A DNA stretch of 63,757 nucleotides, the filler included. It is 7 parts of 7 records of this genome, joined end to end, with 100 filler letters (N's around TTAATTAATTAA, not from the genome) between each part and the next. Parts side by side here need not be neighbours in the genome. Positions count along the whole stretch, not along the records: positions 9,316 to 33,144 come from SRR31156797_57981; 6 more parts are not named here. One strand, given 5' to 3'. Below the pieces are notes generated by a model that saw nothing but the letters and a program-made list of their open reading frames with translations, was not told where the DNA came from and made no database searches. The translations under genes and the position numbers were made by a program. Within the stretch, counting starts at the first letter, position 1, and each line of letters starts with the position of its first letter. Shown here one piece after another: positions 19,143 to 31,448 of the stretch.

Positions 19143-21629
19143 ATGAAAAAGACTCTGGTACAGATTAACGGAATGCATTGTGCGGCCTGTTCCGGTCGCG
19201 TGGAACGCGTGGTTGGTGACATGGGCGGTGTAGAGTCGGCGAATGTCAATCTGGCCGCTGAAAGCATGGACCTGACATTCGACCCCGAGATTGTGACTGC
19301 TGAAACCATCGGCGATCGCATCAAGGACCTCGGTTTTGAGGCTGTTTTCCCTGTAGAAAACGGATTGACCAATCTCAACCTCGCACTGGGCGGCATGCAC
19401 TGCGCGGCCTGTTCCGGCCGCATAGAGCGCATCGTGGGCAATCTTCCCGGCGTGGATACCGCGACCGTAAATCTGGCTGCCGAGACCGGCTCCTTTTCTT
19501 TTGACTCCGCACAAATTTCCCGCCGAGACATCAGGCAAGCCATTACAGACGCAGGGTTCTCATCGGAAGTCCAGTCTGACACCACCTCTCTTTTCGAATC
19601 TCGTCGCAAAAAGGCCGAAGAAAGACTCGCCACCCAAAAACGCGCACTCATCCCGGCCTTTTTATTCGCTCTGCCACTGTTGATTCTGTCCATGGGACAC
19701 ATGTGGGGAATGCCGCTTCCACAATTTCTTGACCCCATGCATTCGCCGCTCAACTTCGCGCTGGCACAACTACTGCTGACCCTGCCCGTTGTCTGGTCTG
19801 GTCGAAACTTCTATCTCCAAGGCATCCCGGCCCTGCTACGGGGCGGCCCGAACATGGATTCACTCGTTGCCATGGGTACAGGTGCGGCCTTCATATATTC
19901 ATTATGGAACACCATCGCCATTGCCAGCTCCATAGGTGACGTGCACATGCACGCCATGGACCTCTATTATGAATCCGCAGCAGTGCTGATCGCCATGATT
20001 TCCATGGGCAAATATTTCGAAGCACGATCCAAACTTAAAACGTCCGACGCCATCCGTGCGCTCATGCAGTTGACCCCGGACACAGCCACTCTGTTGGTCG
20101 ATGGCGAACAATCATCCATCGCCGTTGAAGAAGTGGAAGCAGGCGACCTGCTCCTGATCAAACCGGGCGAACGTATTCCCGTAGACGGCATCATCACCGA
20201 CGGACGTTCTTCCGTGGATGAATCCATGCTGACCGGCGAACCCATGCCCGTAGGCAAGGACATCGGTGACACTGTGGCCGGCGGAACGCTCAACACCCAC
20301 GGCGCATTGACAATGGAAGTCCAACGCGTAGGCGCAGACACTGTGCTGGCGCGTATCATCAAACTTGTGCAGGAAGCACAAGGCTCCAAGGCTCCCATCG
20401 CCAATCTCGCGGACACCATCAGTTTCTATTTTGTACCAACTGTCATGCTCACAGCTCTGCTGGCTGGCATGGCATGGTACTTCATCGGGGGAGCGGATTT
20501 CCCGTTCAGCCTGCGCATTTTCGTGGCCGTCATGGTCATTGCGTGCCCATGCGCCATGGGACTGGCAACCCCGGTCGCCATCATGGTCGGCACCGGACGC
20601 GGCGCACAACTCGGTGTACTCATCAAATCCGGCCAAGCCTTGCAAGGTGCGGGTAATCTCGACACCGTGATCTTCGACAAGACGGGCACCCTGACCCATG
20701 GGCGACCGGAGCTGGCCGCTATCACCATGGTCCGTGGCACCATGGCCCAGACAGAAGCCATCTATCTGGCTGCGGCCGCAGAGTCCCAATCCGAACACCC
20801 GCTGGCACAGGCTATTGTCCGATACGCAAAGGACAAGGATCTCGAATTCCCGACACCCAACTCCTTTGAAGCCATTCCGGGCAAAGGCATCAAGGCTACC
20901 ATTGATTATCGAGAAGTTCTCATTGGCAACTGGGCCTTCATGCAGGAACACGGTTGCAACTTCGGAGAAGACGGATTCGCGGAAGAAGCCGTCGGTCACT
21001 ATGAGAAACAAGGCGCGACAGTTGTTTACTTCGCTTCCGAAAATAAACTTAACGCCCTGTTTGTTATTGCCGACGAGATACGCGATGAAACTCCTGAAGT
21101 CATCGCCAAACTCAAGGCCAATGGCCTGACCCCGGTCATGCTGACGGGAGACAGCGAAGTTAACGCCAAAGTCATTGCTGAACGGGCCGGTATCGACACC
21201 GTCATCGCGGGCGTCATGCCTGACCGCAAGGCCGAAGAAGTCACCCGACTCCAAAAGGACGGACGCAAGGTTGCCATGGTCGGCGACGGTATCAATGATG
21301 CCCCGGCGCTGGCGCAGGCCGACATCGGTATTGCCATGGGATCAGGTATTGATGTGGCCGTGGAATCCGGTGACGTGGTACTCATGAAATCCGACCTGCA
21401 CGGCATACTGACCGCACTCAAACTTTCACGGGCAACCATGACCAATATCAAGGAAAACCTTTTCTGGGCGTTCGCCTTCAACGTCATCGGCATCCCGGTG
21501 GCCGCAGGTGTCTTGCATATCTTTGGCGGACCAACCCTGAATCCCATGATCGCAGGAACGGCCATGGCACTGAGTTCCGTAACCGTGGTATCCAACTCCT
21601 TACGGCTGAGATTCTTCAAGGGCGAATAA
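19143..21629 (+). CDS. copA: Copper-translocating P1B-type ATPase
   Basis: Two GMHCAAC HMA domains, [19 protein letters not shown] and MALSS motifs. Confidence 0.92.
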   Translation: MKKTLVQINGMHCAACSGRVERVVGDMGGVESANVNLAAESMDLTFDPEIVTAETIGDRIKDLGFEAVFPVENGLTNLNLALGGMHCAACSGRIERIVGNLPGVDTATVNLAAETGSFSFDSAQISRRDIRQAITDAGFSSEVQSDTTSLFESRRKKAEERLATQKRALIPAFLFALPLLILSMGHMWGMPLPQFLDPMHSPLNFALAQLLLTLPVVWSGRNFYLQGIPALLRGGPNMDSLVAMGTGAAFIYSLWNTIAIASSIGDVHMHAMDLYYESAAVLIAMISMGKYFEARSKLKTSDAIRALMQLTPDTATLLVDGEQSSIAVEEVEAGDLLLIKPGERIPVDGIITDGRSSVDESMLTGEPMPVGKDIGDTVAGGTLNTHGALTMEVQRVGADTVLARIIKLVQEAQGSKAPIANLADTISFYFVPTVMLTALLAGMAWYFIGGADFPFSLRIFVAVMVIACPCAMGLATPVAIMVGTGRGAQLGVLIKSGQALQGAGNLDTVIFDKTGTLTHGRPELAAITMVRGTMAQTEAIYLAAAAESQSEHPLAQAIVRYAKDKDLEFPTPNSFEAIPGKGIKATIDYREVLIGNWAFMQEHGCNFGEDGFAEEAVGHYEKQGATVVYFASENKLNALFVIADEIRDETPEVIAKLKANGLTPVMLTGDSEVNAKVIAERAGIDTVIAGVMPDRKAEEVTRLQKDGRKVAMVGDGINDAPALAQADIGIAMGSGIDVAVESGDVVLMKSDLHGILTALKLSRATMTNIKENLFWAFAFNVIGIPVAAGVLHIFGGPTLNPMIAGTAMALSSVTVVSNSLRLRFFKGE

Positions 21630-21718
21630 AAACATCACCTTTTTTATTTGCATATTCGGTTGCGTTATGTATGAACAAATCCTTATTTCGCACATAACGC
21701 AACTTTCTTGGAGCTTTC

Positions 21719-22150
21719 ATGAAAAAGTCCGCACTCGTTCTCACTTTTCTGGCCACTCTCTGCCTCTGTTCCACTGTTCTTGCCGATGAATGGAATCTGA
21801 CCGAACTCAAAATACAGGCCGCAAAGGCTGTCCCTAACGGTCAAGAAATCGGTGCGGCAGCCGATGAAGGCAGCGCGTTTGTCGGCATGCAGGTCGATGG
21901 ACTGAACTATCAGTTTACGTTGGCTTCTGATCAGGAAAGCCAAATGCCCGACGCGCAGGCATTGGAATACAAGGGACACAAAGCTTTTTTCTTCGACCCC
22001 GGCATGCCCGGTTCCGGCGGTCTAATGATCTTGCTTGACTCCAAAAAAAGTCTCACTATCCTGTGCATGGCCGGTTTTGATTCAGACAAGAAAATTTTGT
22101 CCAGTGACATGACCGCTATCGCCGATAAAATGAACCTCGGTGCGCTTTAA
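21719..22150 (+). CDS. Hypothetical exported protein
   Basis: Sec signal peptide ending VLA-D; lies between copA and copZ. Confidence 0.6.
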   Translation: MKKSALVLTFLATLCLCSTVLADEWNLTELKIQAAKAVPNGQEIGAAADEGSAFVGMQVDGLNYQFTLASDQESQMPDAQALEYKGHKAFFFDPGMPGSGGLMILLDSKKSLTILCMAGFDSDKKILSSDMTAIADKMNLGAL

Positions 22151-22193
22151 AAACGCAATCGGGTAATCATCAGTATAAAAAGGGGATCGTTCT

Positions 22194-22391
22194 ATGCCCA
22201 TCGTTAAAGTCAAAGGCATGAGCTGCCAACATTGCATCAAATCCGTCACTGAAGCTATGGAAGCTTTAGGCGCGAAAGACGTAAGTATCGACTTGCTTTC
22301 CGGTGACGTCACTTACTCCGACGAGACTGCCATCGCACCCGAAGCCATTAAGGAGGCCATCACCAAGATCGGCTTCGAAGTGGTCAGTTAG
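22194..22391 (+). CDS. copZ: Copper chaperone (HMA domain)
   Basis: VKGMSCQHC motif, 65 aa, near copA. Confidence 0.88.
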   Translation: MPIVKVKGMSCQHCIKSVTEAMEALGAKDVSIDLLSGDVTYSDETAIAPEAIKEAITKIGFEVVS

Positions 22392-22392
22392 G

Positions 22393-23298
22393 GTGACTCC
22401 AAGCAAAAGCTTCGGCTCACTCTGCGCCCTGTTAGCTACGCTCATCTGGTCAGGCAACTTCATCATTGCACGAGGGCTTGGCGATGTACTCCCGCCCATT
22501 ACCTTGGCAGCCTTGCGCTGGTCCACGGCCACAATAGTACTGCTTCCTTTTGCTGCGCCCATCATCTGGCGTGAACGAGATCGTATCCGCAAACATTGGC
22601 GCCACATGTTGATCTCTGCCATGTTCGGGGTCACGGTCTTCAACACGCTCATCTATCAAGCTGGGCATACAACCGAGGCCTTGAATCTGTCGCTCATCGC
22701 AACAACCACACCAGTTTTCGTGGTTATCCTTTCACGCATATTCCTTGGTGAAGCGATCACCCGCTTTCGGGCTTTCGGACTGATCATTTCCATCACCGGC
22801 ATCGTAATTCTGGTTACACGCGGCCAACTTCAGATATTGCGCGATCTATCATTCCATGTCGGAGATATCTGGATGTTGGGAGCTGGCTTTCTCTGGGCAG
22901 TCTATTCCATCCTGCTCAAGAAAAAACCACAGGAGATCAACCCCTACGCTTATCTCGGCACAACCTTTTTCATAGGAGTGCTGCCACTCATAGCAGGTGC
23001 ACTGATCGAACAATCCCTCGCGCCGCAGTTCAATCCAACCCCCACGATCATTGGTTCTGTCCTGTATATCGGCATCGGTGCATCATTGGTGTCTTATGTT
23101 CTCTGGACCAAGGCTGTCTCCATCATCGGCCCAACCGTGGCCTCATTCATCTATTACACCCTGCCTGTTTTCTGCGCGGTAGAGGCGTATTTCATCTTGA
23201 ACGAATCTGCCACATGGGCACACGGCGCAGGCTTCCTGCTCATCGTTAGCGGGATTCTTCTTGCGACGCACCCACGGTTCAACCGACAAACCTCATAA
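22393..23298 (+). CDS. DMT/EamA family transporter
   Basis: IWSGNFIIAR, about 10 TM helices; GTG start just after the copZ stop. Confidence 0.88.
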   Translation: MTPSKSFGSLCALLATLIWSGNFIIARGLGDVLPPITLAALRWSTATIVLLPFAAPIIWRERDRIRKHWRHMLISAMFGVTVFNTLIYQAGHTTEALNLSLIATTTPVFVVILSRIFLGEAITRFRAFGLIISITGIVILVTRGQLQILRDLSFHVGDIWMLGAGFLWAVYSILLKKKPQEINPYAYLGTTFFIGVLPLIAGALIEQSLAPQFNPTPTIIGSVLYIGIGASLVSYVLWTKAVSIIGPTVASFIYYTLPVFCAVEAYFILNESATWAHGAGFLLIVSGILLATHPRFNRQTS

Positions 23299-23313
23299 CC
23301 TTCATTACCCATT

Positions 23314-23958
23314 ATGTTCCAACAAGACCCGTATACCTGTCCGACTTTCGATTCCTGTGCCCTTATCGTCATTGACATGCAAAATGACTTTGTACAGCCC
23401 AAAGGAACAGCATCAAGCCCCGAGGCTCTCGAAATTCTTCCTAGAACCAATACCCTGGTTGAAGCTTTTCGAAAAACCGACAAACACATTGCCCATGTCA
23501 TGCGTCTTTACGATCAAAACGGACATAAAGCAGAACCATGCCGTCGAACACAGCTTGAAAACGGAACAGAACTCGTTATTCCCGACACATGGGGGGCACA
23601 AATAGCAGACGGTCTGCTTCCGAAAGATGTCGTCGTCAACCATGAAGAACTCCTGTGGGGAACACCCATAAGCATTTCCGCAAAAGAGTGTGTTCTCTAC
23701 AAGCAAAGCTGGAGCGCTTTCTACAAGACACAACTCGAATGGTACCTGCTGGAAGCACCGGCCAAGACAATCATTGTGACGGGGACATGGTTCGCCAATT
23801 GCGTTCGCCAAACCATATACGACGCAATGAGCTGCCACCTGCGAGTAGTGGCCGTCCGCGACTGCATCGCCGGTATCACGGATAAGGACTGTGCTGATCT
23901 GGAAAAAGTAGGATGTTCAGTACTGACGGCGGAAGAAGTCACCGCCCAACTGGGATAA
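23314..23958 (+). CDS. Cysteine hydrolase (isochorismatase family)
   Basis: IDMQNDF, K..WSAF and G....NCV (Asp-Lys-Cys triad). Confidence 0.88.
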   Translation: MFQQDPYTCPTFDSCALIVIDMQNDFVQPKGTASSPEALEILPRTNTLVEAFRKTDKHIAHVMRLYDQNGHKAEPCRRTQLENGTELVIPDTWGAQIADGLLPKDVVVNHEELLWGTPISISAKECVLYKQSWSAFYKTQLEWYLLEAPAKTIIVTGTWFANCVRQTIYDAMSCHLRVVAVRDCIAGITDKDCADLEKVGCSVLTAEEVTAQLG

Positions 23959-23991
23959 CGGGAAAAACCAAATTTTGAATTGAAGTAAAGG

Positions 23992-24276
23992 CTAGGGATC
24001 GTATCGAAGCCAAAAGGGTTTACGGGCATCAAGCACATTCATGCTGAATGCACCTACCGCCGAGACAAACAGCGCGATAGGCAACGTGTGGTCAGATGAA
24101 ATAGTATAGCCAAGGAACAAACCCACCACAAAAAAAGAGACACCAAGCCTCCCTACACGCCTGCGGATACAATAGACAGCCTTGCACCCTGTGCACACAC
24201 TGGCACCGCCCAGAACCGTCGTCCCGCAAAAAGGACAGATCGTATCACATGACAAACTTACATGTTCATGTTTCAT
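23992..24276 (-). CDS. Small zinc-ribbon membrane protein, hypothetical
   Basis: CPFC...CTGC followed by two TM helices; start overlaps the stop of the radical SAM gene. Confidence 0.55.
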   Translation of the reverse strand: MKHEHVSLSCDTICPFCGTTVLGGASVCTGCKAVYCIRRRVGRLGVSFFVVGLFLGYTISSDHTLPIALFVSAVGAFSMNVLDARKPFWLRYDP

Positions 24277-25259
24277 GAGAGCCGTCCTCTCTCAAAGTCT
24301 GGAGAAAACCACTTCGGAGGCCCGTTTTCGGCGCCATTCTTCTTGCCCTGCCAAACGTCATTCTCCTTGAAATACGCACGAATGGCATTATGCATACCGC
24401 GCATGTTGGCGGCCCAATCAGGAGCGAGCAACTCTCCTTTTTGCGGATTTCCGTTAAGGCGATGAATGGCTATTTTCGGATCAAGATGCATGATTGCCTC
24501 GGACAGATTCTCCAAAAATTCCAACTGCGTCATGGGCACATATTGTCCATCTTCAAACCACCGCGCCAACTGCGTTCCCCGGCATACATACACGTTGTGA
24601 AACTTGATGCCATGAACCGGAAGCGCATCGAGATATTTTATGGTTGCCAAAAGCTCTTCCTGCCCCTCGCGACCTTGCGGAGTCGGCAATCCAGCCATGA
24701 CATGAGCCACGACTTTCAACCCTCGCGCAACAGCTGCTTCCGTGGCCTCGGCAAAGACCGCAGCGTCATGCCCGCGATTAATGTGAGTAAGAGTTTCATT
24801 GTTGGAAGACTGCAGTCCGAGTTCCAAAACGACCTCTGCCAAGCCCAACGCCTCTTTTTGCTCGGCCAGAAGGTCAAGTTTTTCCGAATCCACACAGTCA
24901 GGACGTGTCCCAAGGGCGAGGGATTTCAGGCCGGGCAAACCATCAAGCGCGGTTAATGTCTTTGCCAGTTTCTCTAACGGCCCATAGGTGTTGGAATAGG
25001 ATTGCAAATAGGCGGTATAAAGTTCGATTCCATGTGTTCCCAGATGGATATCACGCCAAAAAGCCCATTGTTCGGCGAGAGACAAACCGCGTTCTCGCAT
25101 GCCGGAACCCGACCCGAGAGGGTTGCAAAAGACACACCCCTTTCGTGAAATCGTTCCATCACGATTCGGACACGAGAAGCCCGCGTCCAGAGGAATTTTC
25201 TGAACACGTTGCCCAAACCGTTGGCGCATATATGTGGAGAGTGAAAAGGTACGATGCAT
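24273..25259 (-). CDS. TIGR01212/YhcC-family radical SAM protein
   Basis: DAGFSCPNRDG....GCVFC, GTRPDC, ELGLQS and INRGH motifs. Confidence 0.92.
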   Translation of the reverse strand: MHRTFSLSTYMRQRFGQRVQKIPLDAGFSCPNRDGTISRKGCVFCNPLGSGSGMRERGLSLAEQWAFWRDIHLGTHGIELYTAYLQSYSNTYGPLEKLAKTLTALDGLPGLKSLALGTRPDCVDSEKLDLLAEQKEALGLAEVVLELGLQSSNNETLTHINRGHDAAVFAEATEAAVARGLKVVAHVMAGLPTPQGREGQEELLATIKYLDALPVHGIKFHNVYVCRGTQLARWFEDGQYVPMTQLEFLENLSEAIMHLDPKIAIHRLNGNPQKGELLAPDWAANMRGMHNAIRAYFKENDVWQGKKNGAENGPPKWFSPDFERGRLS

Positions 25260-25363
25260 CTTTTTTTTTAGAAAAAGTTGAGAAAAAGCCGTCAAACCAT
25301 GCTTGGCGTATTGCCTGACTGGGTTTCATTTGGTACGAATCTTCTGTTGAAAACGTACGCTAG

Positions 25364-26482
<1,119 letters not shown>

Positions 26483-26582
26483 CCGGCATCCGGCGTGACC
26501 AAGCCCACAAGTTGTTCACCAGCGCACGGTTGCTTCAATACGGCAACCGTGCGCTTTTTAACTGTTCGATAGGACTCTACGT

Positions 26583-27461
26583 GTGAAAGGCCCAAAAAAA
26601 ATAGCAGTCATCATCTTGGCAGGATTATTCGTATACCTTTCATTGTATACGTGGAACCTGCGCACAGGACATCTCGATGCCCTGTCGAGCTATACCGGGC
26701 TTGATGTCTCCGGTGCTATTTTACGTCCAGGCATATGGGTGACCGATCAGGTCAGCGACTTCTGGTATCGATATATTTATCTAGTCGGTCTGAAACAGGA
26801 AAACGACGATCTTACAGCACAGTCTGCCGAACTCAGGAGAGAGAACATGCTCCTGCACTCTCAGGCACGTTCTGCTGAACGTCTCGAAAAACTGCTTGAA
26901 TTCACACCACCCGACCAATGGGAATATTTCGGCGCACGGGTCATTGCTCATCGAATGGGACCTGCCGGCGCGCTCGACACGATCGCCGTGGACAAAGGTA
27001 GCAGTGCAGATGTGGAAGACGACATGCCCGCAGTGTCTCTCAAAGGAGTAGTAGGTCGAGTCCTCCGCACAGGAGCCGCCACCTCTACCATCCTTCTTCT
27101 TACTGATCCCAACAGCCGCATCGCGGTCATCGGCGCACAACAGCGCTCTCCAGCCATGCTTGCAGGGCAGGGATATGGCAAACAACTTATCTTGCGGTAT
27201 ATCAATCAAAATGCGCCCATTGAGCCAAATGAACTTTTGTTGTCATCCGGCCTGTCGGGTATATTCCCCAAAGGATTGCCTGTTGCCCGTGTGACACGTA
27301 TCCAACGCTCGGATATTTCCCTCTTCCTCACTGTCATGGCGGAACCGCTGGTCGACATGGCCAGTCTGGAAGAAATTCTGCTGCTCAAACGGACACCCGG
27401 CGCGATCCCGGACGTGGCCCCTGTCAGCGAGGAGGGTGCAAACGGTGCCGCTGACCAATAA
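26583..27461 (+). CDS. mreC: Rod shape-determining protein MreC
   Basis: TM plus coiled coil, DKGS, GVVGRV, SGLSGIFPKGLPV; follows mreB. Confidence 0.95.
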   Translation: MKGPKKIAVIILAGLFVYLSLYTWNLRTGHLDALSSYTGLDVSGAILRPGIWVTDQVSDFWYRYIYLVGLKQENDDLTAQSAELRRENMLLHSQARSAERLEKLLEFTPPDQWEYFGARVIAHRMGPAGALDTIAVDKGSSADVEDDMPAVSLKGVVGRVLRTGAATSTILLLTDPNSRIAVIGAQQRSPAMLAGQGYGKQLILRYINQNAPIEPNELLLSSGLSGIFPKGLPVARVTRIQRSDISLFLTVMAEPLVDMASLEEILLLKRTPGAIPDVAPVSEEGANGAADQ

Positions 27462-27933
27462 CGTCCTGACCGTCCTTTGGTGGGGCGGCTACACCATCCT
27501 CGGAATCTGGGGACAAAGAACCATACCTGGCATCGATTTCTTTGCCGCAGGACTCATTCTTTCTTTACAAAAAGAAGAAAGACCTTCGGTCACTATTTCG
27601 TTAATTATCATCTGGATTCTTCTCCTCGAGGGCACAGGGAATTTGCCATTTGGATACGGTCTGGCATGGTATGGCCTTATCACCACACTCTATTTCATGG
27701 GCCAATGGTTATTCGAAGCCCGTTCATTCCTGTTCATGGCACTTCTTGGGCTGGGACTGGGCGTGCTCCACCCGATTCTGATCAACTCCGTATCATCTTT
27801 GGCCAACCTACACGTACCATTTCAGCCTCTTCTTATTGAAGGGGCCATGCAAGCTGGTGGTTTTTTCCTTATCTGGCTGGTCATAGACCATCTTTATCCA
27901 CAAAGGCTGCGGCACAATGTCAAATCTTTATAA
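27436..27933 (+). CDS. mreD: MreD-like membrane protein
   Basis: Hydrophobic 165 aa between mreC and mrdA; called by synteny. Confidence 0.65.
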   Translation: MQTVPLTNNVLTVLWWGGYTILGIWGQRTIPGIDFFAAGLILSLQKEERPSVTISLIIIWILLLEGTGNLPFGYGLAWYGLITTLYFMGQWLFEARSFLFMALLGLGLGVLHPILINSVSSLANLHVPFQPLLIEGAMQAGGFFLIWLVIDHLYPQRLRHNVKSL

Positions 27934-29791
27934 CGAATCCGACCAACAGCCACCCCGCTCCGGCTTGCTGCTGCTCCAGATGCTCATTCTGGGGCTCTTC
28001 TGTCTATTCGCCGTAAGACTCTGGTTCCTCCAAATTCACCATGGCGAAGAATTCGCTCTCAAGGCAAAAGACAACCAGTTACGTCAGGAATCCATTTTTT
28101 CTCCACGAGGATTAATCCGCGATCGCAACGGAGACCTGTTGGCGATCAACGAACCGGCATATGCCCTTGGATTGATCCGAGAAGATTGCCCTGACATTGA
28201 AAAAGCCCTGCATCAGGTTGCCCAATGGACCGGACGGGATTTCACCGAACTTCAGGCTCTCTACAAAAAAAATCGTAAACGGGTAAAACCGTTTGAACCA
28301 CTCATTCTGGTCCCGGACCTCACCTTTGACCAATTGGCCGTCATAGAAACCAACAAACTTCGGTGGCCCGGTCTTGAGATTCAATTTCGTCCACGCCGTC
28401 TGTATTTGTACGGCACCCTTTTGGCGCATGTCCTTGGATATGTGGCTGAAGCTAATGAAAAGGAATTATCGGAAAATCCAGAACTTGCCCTTGGGGATAC
28501 CGTCGGCAAACAGGGCATTGAATTCATGCTTGAGGACCGCATGCGCGGCATCAAGGGGCTGACACAATATGAAGTGGACGTCACAGGCCGTCGGTTACAG
28601 GAACGGGTCCTTAAGCACCCTCGGGCCGGACATGAGATATCCCTCTCTTTAGATCTTGGCCTGCAAAAACTGGCCATGGACTGGTTGGATGAAGAAGCCG
28701 GAGGTGTGGCGGTTATGGATGCGGACACGGGGCAGCTTCTGGCTTTGGCAACCGCGCCATCATATGACTCCAACGACTTTTCCTCAGGCCTGACATCGAA
28801 ACAATGGGCGAAACTTCGAGACAATCCTCTGCATCCCATGCAGAATCGCGTTATCCAGTCGGTCTACCCTCCGGGTTCTGTTTTCAAACACGTCGTGGCC
28901 GGTGCCGGCCTGAGCTATGGTATGCTTGACCCCAAAGAGACCGTACGCTGTACGGGCGAAACTCGTCTTGGCCGTCGAGTCTTTCGCTGCTGGAGAAAGG
29001 GAGGACACGGAATCGTCGATATGGAACGAGCTCTTGTGGAATCCTGTGACGTATATTTCTATAAGATGGGTAAAAAGCTGACAGTGGACCGCATGAGCGA
29101 ATTCGCCAAGGCCGTCGGTTTCGGTGAAAAAACAGGCATCCGCCTGCCCCATGAAAAATCAGGCAATATCCCTACTCGCGCATGGAAACGCAAACGATTC
29201 GGCGAAGGCTGGCAGGGAGGCGACAACCTCAACATGTCCATCGGACAGGGGTTTACATTGGTCACCCCGCTTCAAGTCGTCCGATTCTTTGCCAGCATTC
29301 TTAACGGTGGCAAGCTCCTCAAACCGCTCCTGCTCAAAGACGAAAAAACCGTGGTTCAAAGGGAAATACCTCTCACTCCTGAGCAAGTCGCCCTGCTCAA
29401 AAACGCACTCATACAAACAGTCGACAACAATCGTGGCACATGCCGTCGCCTGCGCACCAAAGGCGTCATTGTGGGTGGCAAAACCGGCACGGCTCAGGTG
29501 GTTCGCCTGACAGACGAACTGAAAGAGTTGAAAGATGATGAAATTCCATACAGATTTCGCGATCATGCATGGATGGCTGCCATTGCGGAGAAAGACGGTC
29601 GCCGTTACGCCATTGCCGTACTCATTGAGCATGGTCTGCACGGTGGCAGTGGTGCCGGCCCCATAATCAAGGCGTGCATCGAGTATTTATTCAACGGAAA
29701 AGTTCACATGAAACCCGAAGCCAGAAAAGCCAAGGCCAGAGCGGTCCGTGCCCTGTCCCTCAAATCCAAGGAGAAGCCCGTTGCCAATTGA
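27917..29791 (+). CDS. mrdA: Penicillin-binding protein 2
   Basis: PRG.I.DRNG, SxxK (GSVFK), SCD and KTGTAQ motifs. Confidence 0.96.
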   Translation: MSNLYNESDQQPPRSGLLLLQMLILGLFCLFAVRLWFLQIHHGEEFALKAKDNQLRQESIFSPRGLIRDRNGDLLAINEPAYALGLIREDCPDIEKALHQVAQWTGRDFTELQALYKKNRKRVKPFEPLILVPDLTFDQLAVIETNKLRWPGLEIQFRPRRLYLYGTLLAHVLGYVAEANEKELSENPELALGDTVGKQGIEFMLEDRMRGIKGLTQYEVDVTGRRLQERVLKHPRAGHEISLSLDLGLQKLAMDWLDEEAGGVAVMDADTGQLLALATAPSYDSNDFSSGLTSKQWAKLRDNPLHPMQNRVIQSVYPPGSVFKHVVAGAGLSYGMLDPKETVRCTGETRLGRRVFRCWRKGGHGIVDMERALVESCDVYFYKMGKKLTVDRMSEFAKAVGFGEKTGIRLPHEKSGNIPTRAWKRKRFGEGWQGGDNLNMSIGQGFTLVTPLQVVRFFASILNGGKLLKPLLLKDEKTVVQREIPLTPEQVALLKNALIQTVDNNRGTCRRLRTKGVIVGGKTGTAQVVRLTDELKELKDDEIPYRFRDHAWMAAIAEKDGRRYAIAVLIEHGLHGGSGAGPIIKACIEYLFNGKVHMKPEARKAKARAVRALSLKSKEKPVAN

Positions 29792-30893
29792 TCGCAGATT
29801 ACTGCTCTACATCAACTGGCCGTTGCTCGGCATAGCCGTCGTCCTTTTTCTGGTGGGCGTTCTCAATCTGTATTCCGCCAGTGGATTCCGACTTGAAGAA
29901 GGCATGAACCTAGCCCCCTATTACCACAAGCAACTCTTGTGGGGAACGGTTGGCCTGCTCGGTATGATCGTGTTCATGTTCTTTGATTACCGCCATCTGA
30001 AAACCATGGCTTGGCCGTTGTTCTGGACCACGGTCATTCTGCTTATTGCCGTCTTTTTCATGGGCAAAACCATCTACGGTGCCCGTCGCTGGCTTGATCT
30101 TGGATTCATGAATTTCCAACCATCGGAACTCGCCAAAATCGCCATACTCATCATCGGCGCACGCATACTTTCCAAGGAGCGAGAACCCCTCGGATTCATC
30201 CGACTTGGCTATGTACTGGGCGTGGGCATGATTCTGGCGGGATTAATCATCAAACAGCCTGACCTCGGTTCAGGCTTGTCCATCCTCCTGATTCTCGGCG
30301 GCATGATCCTTTTCCGCGGCGTGACCCCTAGAGTGTTCAAAACTGCGCTTGTTGCCATTCCGGCTCTGCTCCCGTTGTCGTGGTTTTTTCTGCACGATTA
30401 TCAAAAACAACGAATCATGACATTCCTCGATCCAACCACTGACCCGCTCGGAGCTGGCTACCATATCATCCAATCAGAAATAGCTATCGGTTCCGGTGGA
30501 TTCTGGGGAAAAGGCTTTCTCCAAGGGACACAATCGCAATTACGTTTCTTACCAGAGCGTCACACTGACTTTGCCGTGGCAGTGCTTGGCGAAGAATGGG
30601 GATTTTTCGGAACACTGCTCCTTTTGGCTCTATTTTGCGTATTTTTATATCAAATGGTGGTCATTGCACGGGATGCCCGTGGATTATTCGGCTCCTATCT
30701 GGCTGCCGGTGTGTTCTTCTATTTTTTCTGGCAAATCCTTATTAATACGGGTATGGTCCTCGGGCTTATGCCAGTAGTCGGGATACCGCTTCCGTTCATT
30801 AGTTATGGGGGAAGTGCGACGCTGGTAAATTTTTGTCTAGTCGGGCTTGTGCTAAATGTATCAATGCGTCGGTTCCTGTTCAAACAGAACTAA
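29781..30893 (+). CDS. rodA: Rod shape-determining protein RodA (SEDS)
   Basis: GARRW, FQPSELAK, QPDLG, PERHTDF and PFISYGGS motifs. Confidence 0.96.
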   Translation: MPIDRRLLLYINWPLLGIAVVLFLVGVLNLYSASGFRLEEGMNLAPYYHKQLLWGTVGLLGMIVFMFFDYRHLKTMAWPLFWTTVILLIAVFFMGKTIYGARRWLDLGFMNFQPSELAKIAILIIGARILSKEREPLGFIRLGYVLGVGMILAGLIIKQPDLGSGLSILLILGGMILFRGVTPRVFKTALVAIPALLPLSWFFLHDYQKQRIMTFLDPTTDPLGAGYHIIQSEIAIGSGGFWGKGFLQGTQSQLRFLPERHTDFAVAVLGEEWGFFGTLLLLALFCVFLYQMVVIARDARGLFGSYLAAGVFFYFFWQILINTGMVLGLMPVVGIPLPFISYGGSATLVNFCLVGLVLNVSMRRFLFKQN

Positions 30894-30950
30894 TTCTGAT
30901 ACGGGGCCAGCCCGGTTTTCTTCAAACAGGTTTTGCAGGAGCGGTTTTTC

Positions 30951-31316
30951 ATGGCGAGAGATGAGATAAATGCGTTTTTGGGGGCCGGAACCAACTACCA
31001 GGGGAAATTGCATTTTCAAGGCGCAGTGCGCATTGACGGCAATTTTCAAGGTGAAGTGGTGTCCGAGGGAACGCTCGTTGTCGGCCAGGAAGCCGTCGTG
31101 GAAGGGCTGGTTAAGGTAGGCCAGCTCGTACTTTCCGGCAGACTCAAGGGCGAAGTTGAGGCAAAAAACAAGGTCGTTTTGCACAAGACGGCCAACTTGC
31201 AGGGGAACATCGAGACACCGAGCCTTGTTGTCGAAGAAGGCGCGGTACTTGAAGGCGAGCTTGCCATGGGCAGTCGCGACGTAAATTCGGACGTAAAACC
31301 GAAAAAAGAATCCTAA
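30951..31316 (+). CDS. Bactofilin (polymer-forming cytoskeletal protein)
   Basis: LGAGT..QGKLHF.G.VRIDG.F.GEV beta-helix repeats; VEEGAVLEG. Confidence 0.9.
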   Translation: MARDEINAFLGAGTNYQGKLHFQGAVRIDGNFQGEVVSEGTLVVGQEAVVEGLVKVGQLVLSGRLKGEVEAKNKVVLHKTANLQGNIETPSLVVEEGAVLEGELAMGSRDVNSDVKPKKES

Positions 31317-31410
31317 CAGTTGCAGTCGGTTTTGAAGGTGCACTTTTCAAGGTGTTCAAAGGCAAAAAGCCTTTGACACAACCCTTGAAATTGGGTAATT
31401 CCCAATGACT

Positions 31411-31428
31411 TTGCGCCAAAATTCACAA
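31411..31428. promoter_or_regulatory. Possible Rex operator downstream of a TTGACA-type promoter for the atp operon
   Basis: TTGCGCC-AAAA-TTCACAA: perfect right half-site, degenerate left half; TTGACA at 31373-31378. Confidence 0.35.
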
Positions 31429-31448
31429 CCTCATCGGGGGCATATGGT

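Noticed and set aside
20112-21254. Long antisense ORFs over copA (and similarly over the ABC, SDR and glcF-like genes)
   Set aside because: Expected shadows of GC-rich codon usage; no independent motifs or RBS.
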